Source: Eledone cirrhosa (Eukaryota). Taken from it: a stretch of DNA of 64,000 bases. The notes under the pieces were generated by a model that had not been told where the DNA came from, did not search any database, and saw nothing but the letters and a program-made list of their open reading frames with translations. Positions 21,113 to 34,019 of this stretch are shown here, one piece after another. Where the stretch lies: NCBI GenBank assembly GCA_964016885.1, contig OZ024743.1:286192001-286256000 (forward strand), written 5' to 3'. Made by a program: the position numbers and the translations under genes. Each line of letters starts with the position of its first letter. Position 1 is the first letter of the stretch.

Positions 21113-24100
21113 TTACAGATATATACTCAGAGTCGGCCCATTCACTCGGGCCATTCTTGCTTCTCTCACCCATCTTTCAACAAAATGCTGGGAAGAGAGC
21201 ACTTCCTTCTCTACTCTGATTTTCCTTTTCAAATGAAATTTGAAAAAGTCAATCAGAGCATCACCGAAGAGGTAAGTGCTCGTCTTCAGCCCTTTCAAAC
21301 GTGTCCACCATACTATCTCTTTCGCCATGGCCACCAGACAGATAAAAACTGCCTGCCCTTCCCGGCTAAAGGAGGAGGGCGGGGCAATCCTCACGATAGA
21401 CTCAGATGATAGCTGGATCCGTCCTAAACGCGACGGCAGGTGTTCGACATAAACCCACAAGTCAGCAATTTTCGGACACTGGACGAGTGCGTGCAGGACG
21501 GTTTCGTCGCCCTGCGCGCATCTCGGACATGCCCGGCTGACGGCACCTCCATGCCTGTAGAGTTTATCCCGAACTGGCAAGGCTCCTCGGTAGCACTGCC
21601 AGGCCAGAGATTTCTGGAAGTTGTCCATAGGCCCTGGCCCGAAGGTTCTTCCGAAGAGATTGGCTAGTTGATTTTCGTCGACGCCTAGAGTTTCCCCAAG
21701 TACGTCGTCGCTCTTCCCCTCCACTAATCCTCTATAGAACGCCGAGGTGGAGTTTCCACCGATCACATTGCCCGATTGGTCGAGGGCTGTGAGCGCCTGA
21801 AGACATTCCAGTCTCCAGGCGCTCCCTCTCGGTCTTCGCTTGACCCAGGACTGCAGCTCCGTCAAGGAAACGAGCTGGGGAAAAACGCGTCTAGCAAACG
21901 GCGACCACACCTGATCACCGTCGAGGAAGAGGTGGAGATGTCGTAGCCTGAGCGCGTGCCTGCGCATCATCAGCCACGGCATGCCCAGCCCTCCACGTAG
22001 CGGGTGTTGACAACAGATGGACCGCCTGACCATCGGAGCACGTCCCTTCCACAAAAAGCGAAAGAGCAAACGCTCCAGCGCAGTCAGGCGAGGCTTAGGA
22101 CAAGGTACGACGGTTAGGCGGTAGCAGATGACAGACGCGATGTACGCGTTAGCCACCTCCGCTCGACCTTTCAGGGATAGCTTCCTCTCCGCCCATTTCT
22201 GGGTGAGAGAAGCCACCCTGCTCGTCACCTCGTCCCAGTTTTTGTCCGTCTGGAGGTCCGGACCGAACCAGACCCCTAGCAATTTAACCGGTCCGTCCGT
22301 CCAGCGCCCGACGACGCTGTTGGACGGCATGGACCTGCCTCTCCAGGTGCCGAGCTGCAGGCCCACTGACTTTTCCTGGTTGATCATTGCTCCTGTCACC
22401 GCTTCGTATTCTCTTAGTGTAGTGCCGATCGCCTCGATGTGTTTGGCGTTCGACACCACTACGGTGACATCGTCCGCATATGCTGACACGGATCTTCCGC
22501 ATCCTAGTTCGCGCGGGACTCCCCTCAACGTCTCCAGTTTGTGCAGTAATGGCTCGAGAGTCAATACGTACAAGAGGGACGAGAGGGGACATCCTTGGCG
22601 GACCGAGCGCATGATGTTGAACGGTTCCGACAGGTGACCGTTCACTCTCACCACAGAGCAGATGTCGCTGTGCATGGCAGCGATCCAGCCTCTGAAGACG
22701 GGCCCAAAGCCAGCCGCCCTCAGGACTGCCGCTAGGTAACGATGGTCGACCCTATCGAAAGCTTTCGACTGATCTAAATTGATCAAGGACCCACCCGTGC
22801 CAGGTTCCCTAGCTACCCTCTCTACGATGTATCGCATGAGGTGGAGGTTGTCGTGGATGGATCTGTCGGGAATGGCGCATGTCTGCGCCTCTCCCACCAG
22901 ACCACCAACGACAAGCGCCAACCTCTTTGCTAGCACCTTGGCCAAAATCTTAAACTCTGTGTTTAGCAGAGTTATGGGCCGGAAATTGTCTATGTTATCC
23001 CCCTTGTTCGGATCCTTTCTCAGCAGTGCCACCGCTCCTCGGCTCACAGAACTGGGAATTCTCCCGTTCTGTTGCCAGTTGCAGTAGACGTCCGCCAAGA
23101 GGCCTCCGAACAAGTCTGGCATCTGTACGTAAAGTTCATAGGGCAGACCATCCAAACCAGGCGATTTACCCCTTGTGCAGCCAGTCATTGCCTCCCTTAC
23201 TTCAGCGGCTGTTATCGGCTTTTCGCAACACTTCGCCTCAGTGGCCGAGAGCCGCGGCAGTCCGTCGAGGTAGACACTAAAGTCCATCCCTCTACCCGGC
23301 CCCCCGCTGCCCCCGAACAGCTGAGCGAAGTGTCGCTGAAAAGCTTCACACATTTGCCCGGGATCGAGTAGCATGCGCCCGTCGTGGTCCACCAAAGACC
23401 GGATCGTGGCTTTGTTGCCACGACGCGCCTCCGCCACTCGGGCCCATTGAACGGCTTTCGTCCCCTCGTGTCTGAGAGCACGCACCCTAGCTCTGACAAC
23501 GCAGCCTTCGTGCTTTGCATTGAAGAATTGGTCAAGGGCCAATTTCGCCGCAAGCACGTCGGTCGCAATGCCTTTGCTAAGCGCCTCGTCTAATTTTCTA
23601 ACTAGTTCTCCCTCTGCTCTATTTTTCTCTATTGCTAAAGCCTTACTAAACCTAATCGATTCTATTCTAATCGCTCTTTTCAGAGCAAACCACCACTTGT
23701 TGTTGACGATGGCCCCCGTCAACGCCCGCTTAACTAGTTCGCTAATCCGGTCTCTGTAGGCCTTGCGCGCTGGTAAGGATGCGTTTAGCTTCCAGTAGCC
23801 GGGTCCTCGTCTATGAAGCCTATCTAAGTCAAGCACACAGATCACGAATTTGTGGTCCGTGTAGCTGACTATCTTGAATTGTGGACAGCCTATGCTAGAC
23901 CTATCTATTTCCCTACAAAATACTCTATCTAGATATGATCTGGATGACCCTATGCGGTTTGTCCAAGTCCACATTGGCACATTCGGGAAATCCAATCGGT
24001 ACCTGTCAGACAGTTCAAAACGCCTGAGCAGGTTGGTGAGGCTCTTGCACCCTCCACCCCTATCCGCTAATCCCACACAGTCCCAGCGTGCATCTAAGAT

Positions 24101-24532
24101 CCCGTTCCAGTCGCCCACTAACACTAAAGAGCGCGACGTTCCAAGAAAGGTCTCCAGACGCCGGAAGAAATCAGGCCGCCCTGCTCCTGTCGGGGCATAG
24201 ACGGCCACTAGCCTGAAAGCTTGCCCGTCTCCGCTGGTCACGTCCAGCACCACCAGCTTACCTTCTGGGTCCAGGAAGATGGCCCGTATGGCGAGATCCA
24301 AACCTCTCCGAAAAAGCACAGCAACTCCTCCACCCGATCCAGGACGGCTGGGAGATGCGTACACATCGTAGCCGCCGAAGATCGGTGCGAAGGCCCGTGC
24401 TTCGGAGATTCTGGTCTCGCTGATGGCCACTACATCTATGTTTAGTGACCTGAGGTCGTTGAGCAGGTGACCCTGCTTCCATGACGACCCCAAGCCACGC
24501 GCATTTATGCTGCCTATTCTGAGTGAGGTCAT
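21113..24532 (-). CDS. ORF2p (APE-RT), intact, 1139 aa
   Basis: Differs from copy 1 ORF2 at only a few residues (V/A, L/P, R/K seen). Confidence 0.95.
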   Translation of the reverse strand: MTSLRIGSINARGLGSSWKQGHLLNDLRSLNIDVVAISETRISEARAFAPIFGGYDVYASPSRPGSGGGVAVLFRRGLDLAIRAIFLDPEGKLVVLDVTSGDGQAFRLVAVYAPTGAGRPDFFRRLETFLGTSRSLVLVGDWNGILDARWDCVGLADRGGGCKSLTNLLRRFELSDRYRLDFPNVPMWTWTNRIGSSRSYLDRVFCREIDRSSIGCPQFKIVSYTDHKFVICVLDLDRLHRRGPGYWKLNASLPARKAYRDRISELVKRALTGAIVNNKWWFALKRAIRIESIRFSKALAIEKNRAEGELVRKLDEALSKGIATDVLAAKLALDQFFNAKHEGCVVRARVRALRHEGTKAVQWARVAEARRGNKATIRSLVDHDGRMLLDPGQMCEAFQRHFAQLFGGSGGPGRGMDFSVYLDGLPRLSATEAKCCEKPITAAEVREAMTGCTRGKSPGLDGLPYELYVQMPDLFGGLLADVYCNWQQNGRIPSSVSRGAVALLRKDPNKGDNIDNFRPITLLNTEFKILAKVLAKRLALVVGGLVGEAQTCAIPDRSIHDNLHLMRYIVERVAREPGTGGSLINLDQSKAFDRVDHRYLAAVLRAAGFGPVFRGWIAAMHSDICSVVRVNGHLSEPFNIMRSVRQGCPLSSLLYVLTLEPLLHKLETLRGVPRELGCGRSVSAYADDVTVVVSNAKHIEAIGTTLREYEAVTGAMINQEKSVGLQLGTWRGRSMPSNSVVGRWTDGPVKLLGVWFGPDLQTDKNWDEVTSRVASLTQKWAERKLSLKGRAEVANAYIASVICYRLTVVPCPKPRLTALERLLFRFLWKGRAPMVRRSICCQHPLRGGLGMPWLMMRRHALRLRHLHLFLDGDQVWSPFARRVFPQLVSLTELQSWVKRRPRGSAWRLECLQALTALDQSGNVIGGNSTSAFYRGLVEGKSDDVLGETLGVDENQLANLFGRTFGPGPMDNFQKSLAWQCYRGALPVRDKLYRHGGAVSRACPRCAQGDETVLHALVQCPKIADLWVYVEHLPSRLGRIQLSSESIVRIAPPSSFSREGQAVFICLVAMAKEIVWWTRLKGLKTSTYLFGDALIDFFKFHLKRKIRVEKEVLSSQHFVERWVREARMARVNGPTLSIYL

Positions 24533-24567
24533 GTTTAAAATAGAGTGGAAAAGATGGGAAAGACCAC

Positions 24568-26668
24568 TTACCGTATTTTTGGTAGAGGAGGGATGGTTTT
24601 TACATCCCTTTTCACTTGATCGTCTGGTGAAGGGACCGTTGAATCGTCCCTTCGGCTGGTCGTCGGCTCTTCTAAGAGAATGTCTGAATATACTCTTCGA
24701 TTAATGGTTCCTCCTAGGTCCCTGAAATCACCAACTGCGTTGGGGAATTTCGTTTTAATGTTTGTGTATTGTTTCTGTGCTATTTTTAGCAGTCTTATGT
24801 TAGTTGGCGTTTTGATTGGTGCTGGTATTATGTAGTCCTGTTGTGAAATGTCTGTGTGTTCAATTATGTAAGTCATTAGTTTCTTGTTGTGTGTGTTTAT
24901 TGCCGTGCATTTGTTTTTCTGGGGGTGGGGTGTGGTTCTGCTATTTTCTTGTCGTTGTTGCTGGGTGTGTGTGTTTTGTTGTTGTGTTTGCGATGTTGGT
25001 GCTTGTGGTGGTGGTGTTGAAGGTGTTGTTGGCGGTGGGGTTGTCGCCGGTGGTGATGGTGGTGCTGGTGTGGGTGGTGATGGTGTTGGTGGTGTTGCTG
25101 CTGTGGGTCTCTTTGCAGTAGACTTTACCCTTTTCTCATTTCTTTCCTCCCTTTTCAAAGGCGACGATGCGCTGCTTCTGCGTTTGTGCCTTCTTGAGAC
25201 CTTTTGCCATCCCTCTCCCACCTCACACTCCATGTCTGATTCTGTAAGGTCGGGGAGGGGTACCAGCTCCACTCTTTCACTTGTTGTTGTTGGTGATGTT
25301 TGCACTGGAGTCTCTGTTGCAGCTGCATTTGGTATTGCTGTTGTTGTTGTTAATATTTCCACTGCTGCTGCTGTCTTTGATTTCCGTGGAGTGGGTATGG
25401 GTGCCACGGACCTATCGTTCCTGGTTGCCGCTTGTCCTGTTGCTGGTAGCCGTGGAACCGGATTCGGGAGGAGGGGGGTTTTCTCCTTTCTCAGGGTCTT
25501 CTCGTTGCAGAAGGCCCTGAGGTGAGTCTTCGATCCACAGCGAAAGCATTTCGGGCGTTTGCCCTCAACACTTATGGGCAGTTGAGTGCCGTTATCGAAG
25601 TCTATCACATCCGGGATAGCTTCGATGCACTCCTGGTTGGTTTGGATTAGCATCTCAATGGAGGAGCCGACCCAATCTTCTCTTACTTTTTTCTGTACTT
25701 GCAGTACAGTTGTTTTGTCCTCGATTCCGACGAGGACAGACGCGGCCAGCCAAGAAGGGGTCATTCCGGGGGGGACGTGGGTCAGTTTGACCCTCACAAT
25801 TTTTTGCCCGCAGTAGGAGGGCACCAACACCATTTCCTCGCTCCTTAGGGTCACTACTGATTGGGCCTTTGCCTCCTGGGGTGTGGCAAAAAGTACGTCT
25901 ACGGTGGCGTATTTTTTTGCCTCGGGTGATGTGCGTTTTCCTCTGCCACACAGACCCCAAGGCTTTTTGTATTTGGGCCTCTGTGGCTCTTTCCACCCTA
26001 CGGGATTTTGTACTTACTGTACGGTACGTGACCGTACAGTGCTCTTGGGTTTCGAAAAAATTTTTCGCTGCCTTGCAGATTGCTCGGTGTCCGTTCTTTG
26101 TCACCATCTTCTTCGCTTCCTCTAATTCCTCATTTGTTATGAGGATTGTTTCCAGGTTTTTCGCAATACCTGCAAATGAGATTGGTTTTTCTCTGCTGTT
26201 GTTGTTGTCGTCAGAGCTGCTGGTACTTTTGTTGTTGCTGCAGGTACTACGACTACTGCCTCCGCCGCTGTTGCTGTGGTTGTTGTTGGTGTTGCTGCTG
26301 CTAATGCTGTTGTTGTTTATGCTGCTGGTGATGCTGTTGCGGCTGCTACTGTTGTTTTCATTGTCACTGTTGCTGTTGTTATTACGGCTGCTACTGCTAT
26401 TATTCCTGACGTCAGACGAATGAACTGGGTTTTCGTATTTCCCGCACACCTGTTTCGTCGCTGTCGTCGTCGTCGTGGAGAAACCTTGCACGCTTTGCAC
26501 GAGACTTTTCTTTTCTTTCGTCGCTTGCGAAAGAGAAGGTAGGGAGAGAGACACATTTAAAGAAGGGAGGGAGAGAGACAATCTTCTCTCTCCTGTAGTG
26601 ATGATTGAGGAAGAAGAAGACGGAATGAGTGGGAGTGACGTATGAAATTTTTTTTTTTTGGTAGCCAT
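24568..26668 (-). pseudogene. ORF1 of copy 2, split by +1 in a T homopolymer near 25912-25918
   Basis: ORFs 25655-26701 and 24568-25854 together reconstruct copy 1 ORF1. The indel could be a sequencing error. Confidence 0.8.
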
Positions 26669-26881
26669 GTTTTTTTGTTTAAAATGAAATTTTGGGTACA
26701 AAACCCCAATAACTGGCTATTTAACCCCGAAGGGCCAAATAACGGACAGAAAGACCCCTCTCACGAGGAGGAGGGTGTCTTTATCAACAATTTGGTTCAA
26801 GTTTTAAACAATTTACAATTGTTTTAACGGTTAAAAATTACTATACCTTACAGAGCCGAGCCTCCGTCAACCATGGCATTC

Positions 26882-26944
<63 letters not shown>

Positions 26945-29900
26945 TTCTTTATTAACCACAAGGGTTTACATAAAGTAGACATTAAGGACAGTGCAGGACA
27001 ATGCAGGACGGTACAAATGGGCATTTCTGCGTGTAAAAACAAAAACAGAGGATGTAACAAAAAATAACAATGAAAAATTCCCCAATAGGGGGGAGACTTC
27101 GGAGGGACATTTGTGGAGAAAGCCCAGTAAAAAGCCACAATGACCCTGACCACCAAGGCAAGTGCCCTCTCCCAGTTTTCCACCTTTAATTTACAGATAT
27201 ATAATCAGAGTAGGCCCATTCACTCGGGCCATTCTTGCTTCTCTCACCCATCTTTCAACAAAATGCGTTGAGAGAGCACTTCCCTCTCTACTCTGATTTT
27301 CCTTTTCAAATGAAATTTGAAAAAGTCAATCAGGGCATCACCGAAGAGGTAAGTGCTCGTCTTCAGCCCTTTCAAACGTGTCCACCATACTATCTCTTTC
27401 GCCATGGCCACCAGACAGATAAAAACTGCCTGCCCTTCCCGGCTAAAGGAGGAGGGCGGGGCAATCCTCACGATGGACTCAGATGATAGCCGGATCCGTC
27501 CTACACGCGACAGCAGGTGTTCGACATAAACCCACAAGTCAGCAATTTTCGGACACTGGACGAGTGCGTGCAGGACGGTTTCGTCGCCCTGCGCGCATCT
27601 CGGACATGCCCGGCTAACGGCACATCCATGCCTGTAGAGTTTATCCCGAACTGGCAAGGCTCCTCGGTAGCACTTCCAGGCCAGAGATTTCTGGAAGTTG
27701 TCCATAGGCCCCGGCCCGAAAGTTCTTCCGAAGAGATTGGCTAGTTGATTTTCGTCGACGCCTAGAGTTTCCCCAAGTACGTCGTCGCTCTTACCCTCCA
27801 CTAATCCTCTATAGAACGCCGAGGTGGAGTTTCCACCGATCACATTGCCCGATTGGTCGAGGGCTGTGAGCGCCTGAAGACATTCCAGTCTCCAGGCGCT
27901 CCCTCTCGGTCTTCGCTTGACCCAGGACTGCAGCTCCGTCAAGGAAACGAGCTGGGGAAATACGTGTCTAGCAAACGGCGACCACACTTGATCACCGTCG
28001 AGGAAGAGGTGGAGATGTCGTAGCCTGAGCGCGTGCATGCGCATCATCAGCCACGGCATGCCCAGCCCTCCACGTAGCGGGCGTTGACAACAGATGGACC
28101 GCCTGACCAAAAGGCGAAAGAGCAAACGCTCCAGCGCAGTCAGGCGAGGCTTAGGACAAGGTACGACAGTCAGGCGGTAGCAGATGACAGACGAGATGTA
28201 CGCGTTAGCCACCTCCGCTCGACCATTCAGTGATAGCTTCCTCTCCGCCCATTTCTGGGAGAGAGAAGTCACCCTGCTCGTCACCTCGTCCCAGTTTTTG
28301 TCCGTCTGGAGGTCCGGACCGAACCAGACCCCTAGCAATTTAACCGGTCCGTCCATCCAGCGTCCGACGACGCTGTTGGACGGCATGGACCTGCCTCTCC
28401 AGGTGCCGAGCTGCAAGCCCACTGACTTTTCCTGGTTGATCATTGCTCCTGTCACCGCTTCGTATTCTCTTAGTGTAGTGCCGATCGCCTCGATGTGTTT
28501 GGCGTTCGACACCACTACGGTGACATCGCCCGCATATGCTGACACGGATCTTCCGCATCCTAGTTCGTCTCCAGTTTGTGCAGTAATGGCTCGAGAGTCA
28601 ATTCGTACAAGAGGGACGAGAGGGGACATCCTTGGCGGACCGAGCGCATGATGTTGAACGGTGCATGGCAGCGATCCAGCCTCTGAAGACGGGCCCAAAG
28701 CCAGCCGCCCTCAGGACTGCCGCTAGGTAACGATGGTCGACCCTATCGAAAGCTTTCGACTTATCTAAATGATCAAGGACCCACTCGTGCCAGGTTCCCT
28801 AGCTACCCTCTCTACGATGTATCGCATGAGGTGGAGGTTGTCGTGGATGGATCTGTCGGGAATGGCGCATGTCTGCGCCTCTCCCACCAGACCACCAACG
28901 ACAAGCGCCAACCTCTTTGCTAGCACCTTGGCCAAAATCTTGAACTCTGTGTTTAGCAGAGTTATGGGCCTGAAATTATCTATGTTATCCCCCTTGTTCG
29001 GATCCTTTCTCAGCAGTGCCACCGCTCCTCGGCTCACAGAACTGGGAATTCTCCCGTTCTGTTGCCAGTTGCAGTAGACATCCGCCAAGAGGCCTCCGAA
29101 CAAGTCTGGCATCTGTACGTAAAGTTCATAGGGCAGACCATCCAAACCAGGCGATTTACCCCTTGTGCAGCCAGTCATTGCCTCCCTTACTTCAGCGGCT
29201 GTTATCGGCTTTTCGCAACACTCCGGCTCAGTGGCCGAGAGCCGCGGCAGTCCGTCGAGGTAGACACTAAAGTCCATCCCTCGACCCGGCCCACCGCTGC
29301 CCCCGAACAGCTGAGTGAAGTGTCGCTGAAAAGCTTCACACATTTGCCCGGGATCGAGTAGCATGCGCCCGTCGTGGTCCACCAAAGACCGGATCGTGGC
29401 TTTGTTGCCACGACGCGCCTCCGCCACTCGGGCCCATTGAACGGCTTTCGTCCCCTCGTGTCTGAGAGCACGCACCCTAGCTCTGACAACGCAGCCTTCG
29501 TGCTTTGCATTGAAGAATTGGTCAAGGGCCAATTTCGCCGCAAGCACGTCGGTCGCAATGCCTTTGCTAAGCGCCTCGTCTAATTTTCTAACTAGTTCTC
29601 CCTCTGCTCTATTTTTCTCTATTGCTAAAGCCTTACTAAACCTAATCGATTCTATTCTAATCGCTCTTTTCAGAGCAAACCACCACTTGTTGTTGACGAT
29701 GGCCCCCGTCAAGGCCCGCTTAACTAGTTCGCTAATCCGGTCTCTGTAGGCCTTGCGCGCTGGTAAGGACGCGTTTAGCTTCCAGTAGCCGGGTCCTCGT
29801 CTATGAAGCCTATCTAAGTCAAGCACACAAATCACGAATTTCTGGTCCGTGTAGCTGACTATCTTGAATTGTGGACAGCCTATGCTAGACCTATCTATTT

Positions 29901-32645
29901 CCCTACAAAATACTCTAATCTAGATATGATCTGGATGACCCTATACGATTTGTCCAAGTCCACATTGGCACATTCGGGAAATCCAATCGGTACCTGTCAG
30001 ACAGTTCAAAACGCCTGAGCAGGTTGGTGAGGCTCTTGCACACTCCTCCCCTATCCGCTAATCCCACACAGTCCCAGCGTGCATCTAAGATCCCGTTCCA
30101 ATCGCCCACTAATTCTAAAGAGCGGGACGTTCCAAGAAAGGTCTCCAGACGCCGGAAGAAATCAGGCCGCCCTGATCCTGTCGGGGCATAGACGGCCACT
30201 AGCCTGAAAGCTTGCCCGTCTCCGCTGGTCACGTCCAGCACCACCAACTTACCTTCTGGGTCCAGGAAGATGGCCCGTATGGCGAGATCCAAACCACTCC
30301 GAAAAAGCACAATAAATACTCCCCCCGATCCCAGACGGCTGGGAGATGCGTACACATCGTAGCCGCCGAAGATCGGTGCGAAGGCCCGTGCTTCGGAGAT
30401 TCTGGTCTCGCTGATGGCCACTACATCTATGTTTAGTGACCTGAGGTCGTTGAGCAGGTGGCCCTGCTTCCATGACGACCCCAAGCCACGCGCATTTATG
30501 CTGCCTATTCCGAGTGAGGTCATGTTGAAAAGGAGTGGAAAAGATGGGAAAGACCACTTACCTTACTTCTAGTAGAGGAAGGATGGTTTCTCCATCCTTT
30601 TCACAGCTTGTGGCCTCCTCAGGAAGGATGTCCTTATAAATCCTCCTGGAGAGTGCTTGTCAGAGGTCTCCGATGTCTTTGGGGGAATTTTTGTTTTAGT
30701 GTCGTGTACGTTTTCTGTGTGATGCGAGTGATTTGTATGTGTGGAGGTGGTGTGAACTTTTGGGGTGTTGTGTAGTCTTTTTCTGTGATGCTGGTGTTGT
30801 GTTGGATGTAGTGTAATAATTGGTTGTTGTTAAAATTTAATGCTGTGTGGTGTGTATCGTTTTGTTTTTGTGGTGTTGGTGATGGTGGTGTTGGGGTTAA
30901 TGATGGTGATGGTGTTGGTGTTTGGGGTGATGGGGTTGGTGATGCTGGTGTGGATGGTGGCATAGCTGTCCTAACTTTTTTGTTTGTTAGTTTATTTGTT
31001 TCCCCCTGTATTTTGTTTTTGGAGGGGGAAGGAAGCGGATTTTTTTCTTTTTGGGGTTCTTTTTCTTTTTTACTTTTTTCCTGATACAGTTTCCCACTCC
31101 TCGTCGTCACAATTTGTCTCCAGTTGCGATAGGTCGGGAGGTGGAAAATCCTCCACAGGCGTTGGTTTGGGTTGTGGCGTGGTGGATGGTGGAGGCGCTG
31201 GTGTTAGTTCTGGCGCGGTGGGTGGTGGTGGTGTTGGTTTTGCTACTGTTGCTGGGGTTGTTGCTGCTACAGTTGCTTCTGTTGTTGCTGCTACAGTTGT
31301 TGCTGCCATTTCTGCTGCTGGTGGTGTCGATGGTTGAGTCACTGGGGTGGGTAAGAGAGGTGACCTCAACTTTTTAGCCTGTGGGCACAAACGACACACC
31401 TAGGCCTTCTACCCTCGACGATTACGGTGAGGTGGCTGCCGTCAGTGAGGTCTATCACCTCTGGGATTTCCTCAATGCTTTTCTGATCCGCTTGGATCAG
31501 AAGCTTCATCCCAGATCCGGACCAGTTCTCCTGCTTTTCTTTTGTTACTTCGATTATTTTAGTGTTGGCCTCGATGCCGGCGAGGGAATTTCGATGGCCG
31601 GTGGAACGTGGGTCACCCTGATCTTCACGAGTCTCTGTCCACAATAGCTTGGAACGAGTGTGAAGTCGTCGCTTCTTAACGGGGCCATGGAGTGCTCTCT
31701 GGCCTCCTGTGGTGTTCCAAAGAACACGGCCACGGTTCCATATTTCTGCCCACGTCTGATGTGGGTTTTTTCGCCCACACATATCCCAAAGATTTTTGGA
31801 TTTGGGACTTGGATGCCCGTTCCACTCGGCGTGATTTTGTGTTAATCGTCCGATAAGACACGGTGCATAGGCGCCGATGCTCCATTTTATTAGGTGGGAG
31901 GGGGTGGGAGGGAGGGGGTGGGTGGGTGAGGCTGACTTTGTACCCATCTTTCTTTACCATTCTCTTGGCTTCATTTAATTCATCCTGAGTTACCTCGATT
32001 TTTTCGCTTATCTTGGCTGCTTTGGCAAACGACACATTTGCGGTGGTGTTGATGTTTTTGTTGTTCTTCTTATTGCTGTTGTTGCTGTTGTTGTTATTGT
32101 TATTTTTAGTTTCAGTTGTGGTGGAGGTGGTGGTGGTGTCAGTGGTGTTCGGCGTGGAAGAGTCGATTCTGGGTGAATTCATTTTGATGTCACGAGATAA
32201 TAATTTTTTTTTGGGGTTTCTGTTGTCGCTGTGGTGTTGGTGGTGGTGGTATCAGTGAAGTTCGTTGTTGTTTTTGACATTGTGGGGGTGGGGGTGGCGG
32301 CTTTAACACCTGCAGTTATTGGTAATGGCGGGAAATCCATGTCTTTATGCGGCAATTCTAAATAATTCAGACTGCTATTAATTATATTTTCAGTGGGAAC
32401 CATGGCAAGGCTTACAATGGTGTTGGTGTTGGTGGTGGTAGTGGAGGGGGTGTTGGTCTGTTAAAAACAGTAAATTTGTCGTCCATGTTTTTTTTCAAAG
32501 AAATATTTTGTTTGATAAATAAAAAGTTTAAGTCTTGGGCTCAAGGCCCCAATATTTTTTTGTGTCCTTTTCAGAAAGCAATATATGTGAACTTCTAAAT
32601 ACTTAACAACAAAAATTTTCCATAACTGGAAATCAATAGGTCACC
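26882..32645 (-). mobile_element. Tx1-like LINE copy 3, defective chimera (A-type 3' part, B-type ORF1/5' UTR)
   Basis: (AAT)n tail at 26882-26944. ORF2 (27190-30523) has deletions, frameshifts and YADD>YAGD. ORF1 is diverged from copies 1/2. Followed by (AAT)17 at 32646-32696. Confidence 0.88.
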
Positions 32646-32696
<51 letters not shown>

Positions 32697-33264
32697 TTGG
32701 AATCGCTCCCGTAAGTTTTTGATTTTTTACATATTTAAAACAATTGTGATAGAATAATTCTTATTACAAATGGAACGTAAGATATCAGTCTTAACTCTCA
32801 GGTAGTGGCAACGCATCACATTATGGCATAGGGCTCCAATATTTAATATTTAATTTTGTACCAGAAATTTTATAGTGAGAAAAGAAAATGGCTAGAAAAC
32901 AACAGCCAAATAACTTCACCACCATCACCACCACCACCGCCGCCGCCACCATCACCATCACCACTACCACAAAAAATCTAGCCAAATACAAACCAGCACC
33001 ATCCCTATAGTACTGCTGTCCCATCACCACCGCCACCACTGCATCATCGCTACCGCCACTATTCCCTCACTACTTAAGAGAGGGGTGGTGGTGCCGCTAC
33101 ACATGAACAGAAGCGAGGAAGGTATCAAAAGATATAAATAGACTGGGTTAGTGACTCGGTCAAACAGCTAACAACAACAACAACATCAAAATAATTATGT
33201 TGTTGTATCTCTAAACTCTCTCAAAATGTTTAGTTTAAACGATGTCAAATCTAAACTATAATAA

Positions 33265-33720
33265 AATTGTTTCTACAATAGGCACAAGGCCAGCAATTAT
33301 CCCCCAGTGTATTACTGGTACTTTATTTTATCGACCCCCGTTAGGATGAAAGGCAAAGTTAACCTCGACAGGATTTGAACTCAGAATGGCGTCCGACCCT
33401 CTACCGATACTGCCAATTCACCGCCCTTTGTCTAAACTATAATATAATAATAATAATTGTTTCTGCTTTTGGCACGGGGCCAGCAATTGTCCCGGTGTGT
33501 TGCAGGTGCTTTGTTGTGTTGGAAAGAAAAAAATAATTGTTTCTACTATTGGCACAAGGCTAGAAATTACTCAGTACATTACTGGTACTTTATTTTATCG
33601 ACCCCGTAAGGATGAAAGGCAAAGTTAACCTCGGCGGGATTTGAACTCAGAATGGCAAGGGCCGTAACTCTATGCGTCAAAGCATGGCGTCCGACCCTCT
33701 ACCGATACTGCCAATCCACC
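33265..33720 (-). mobile_element. Cluster of Nin/Deu SINE copies
   Basis: Copies at ~33265-33426, 33456-33520 (partial) and 33533-33720. Confidence 0.8.
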
Positions 33721-34019
33721 ACAGAAAAAAATAATGATAAGCAACAAGTCGACAAATTATAGAACAGAACACAGACAGAAGCAAACGCAACAACAAACAC
33801 AAATTTCAAAAGTTTTGAACACAACAACCCCTACTTCCCTTAGCAGCAGCAACAACAACACTAGTAACTGATGTTATTGGGCTTGTAAAACGAAAAACGC
33901 AAAGGAAAAAAACAAACAAACAAACAAAAACTAAGTCAGACATTCAAACATTACGATGACATTTATGTTTATTTTTGTTTTTTTAAGTTTTTATCTATTT
34001 ATTTGTTTATTTAATATGT

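Larger units (their letters stand above)
20846..26881 (-). mobile_element. Tx1-like LINE copy 2 (subfamily A), full length, ORF1 frameshifted
   Basis: Near-identical to copy 1. Starts directly after the copy 1 5' end via AATAAT. Confidence 0.93.

Noticed and set aside
15010-31850. Plus-strand and alternative-frame ORFs repeated in each Tx1 copy (e.g. 169 aa, 213 aa)
   Set aside because: These are antisense or shadow frames of GC-rich ORF1/ORF2. Their recurrence only reflects copy identity.
32820-33190. Plus-strand Tx1 ORF1-like start (MARKQQPNNFTTITTT...)
   Set aside because: The similarity is only low-complexity ACC/CAA repeats, and the frame stops early.
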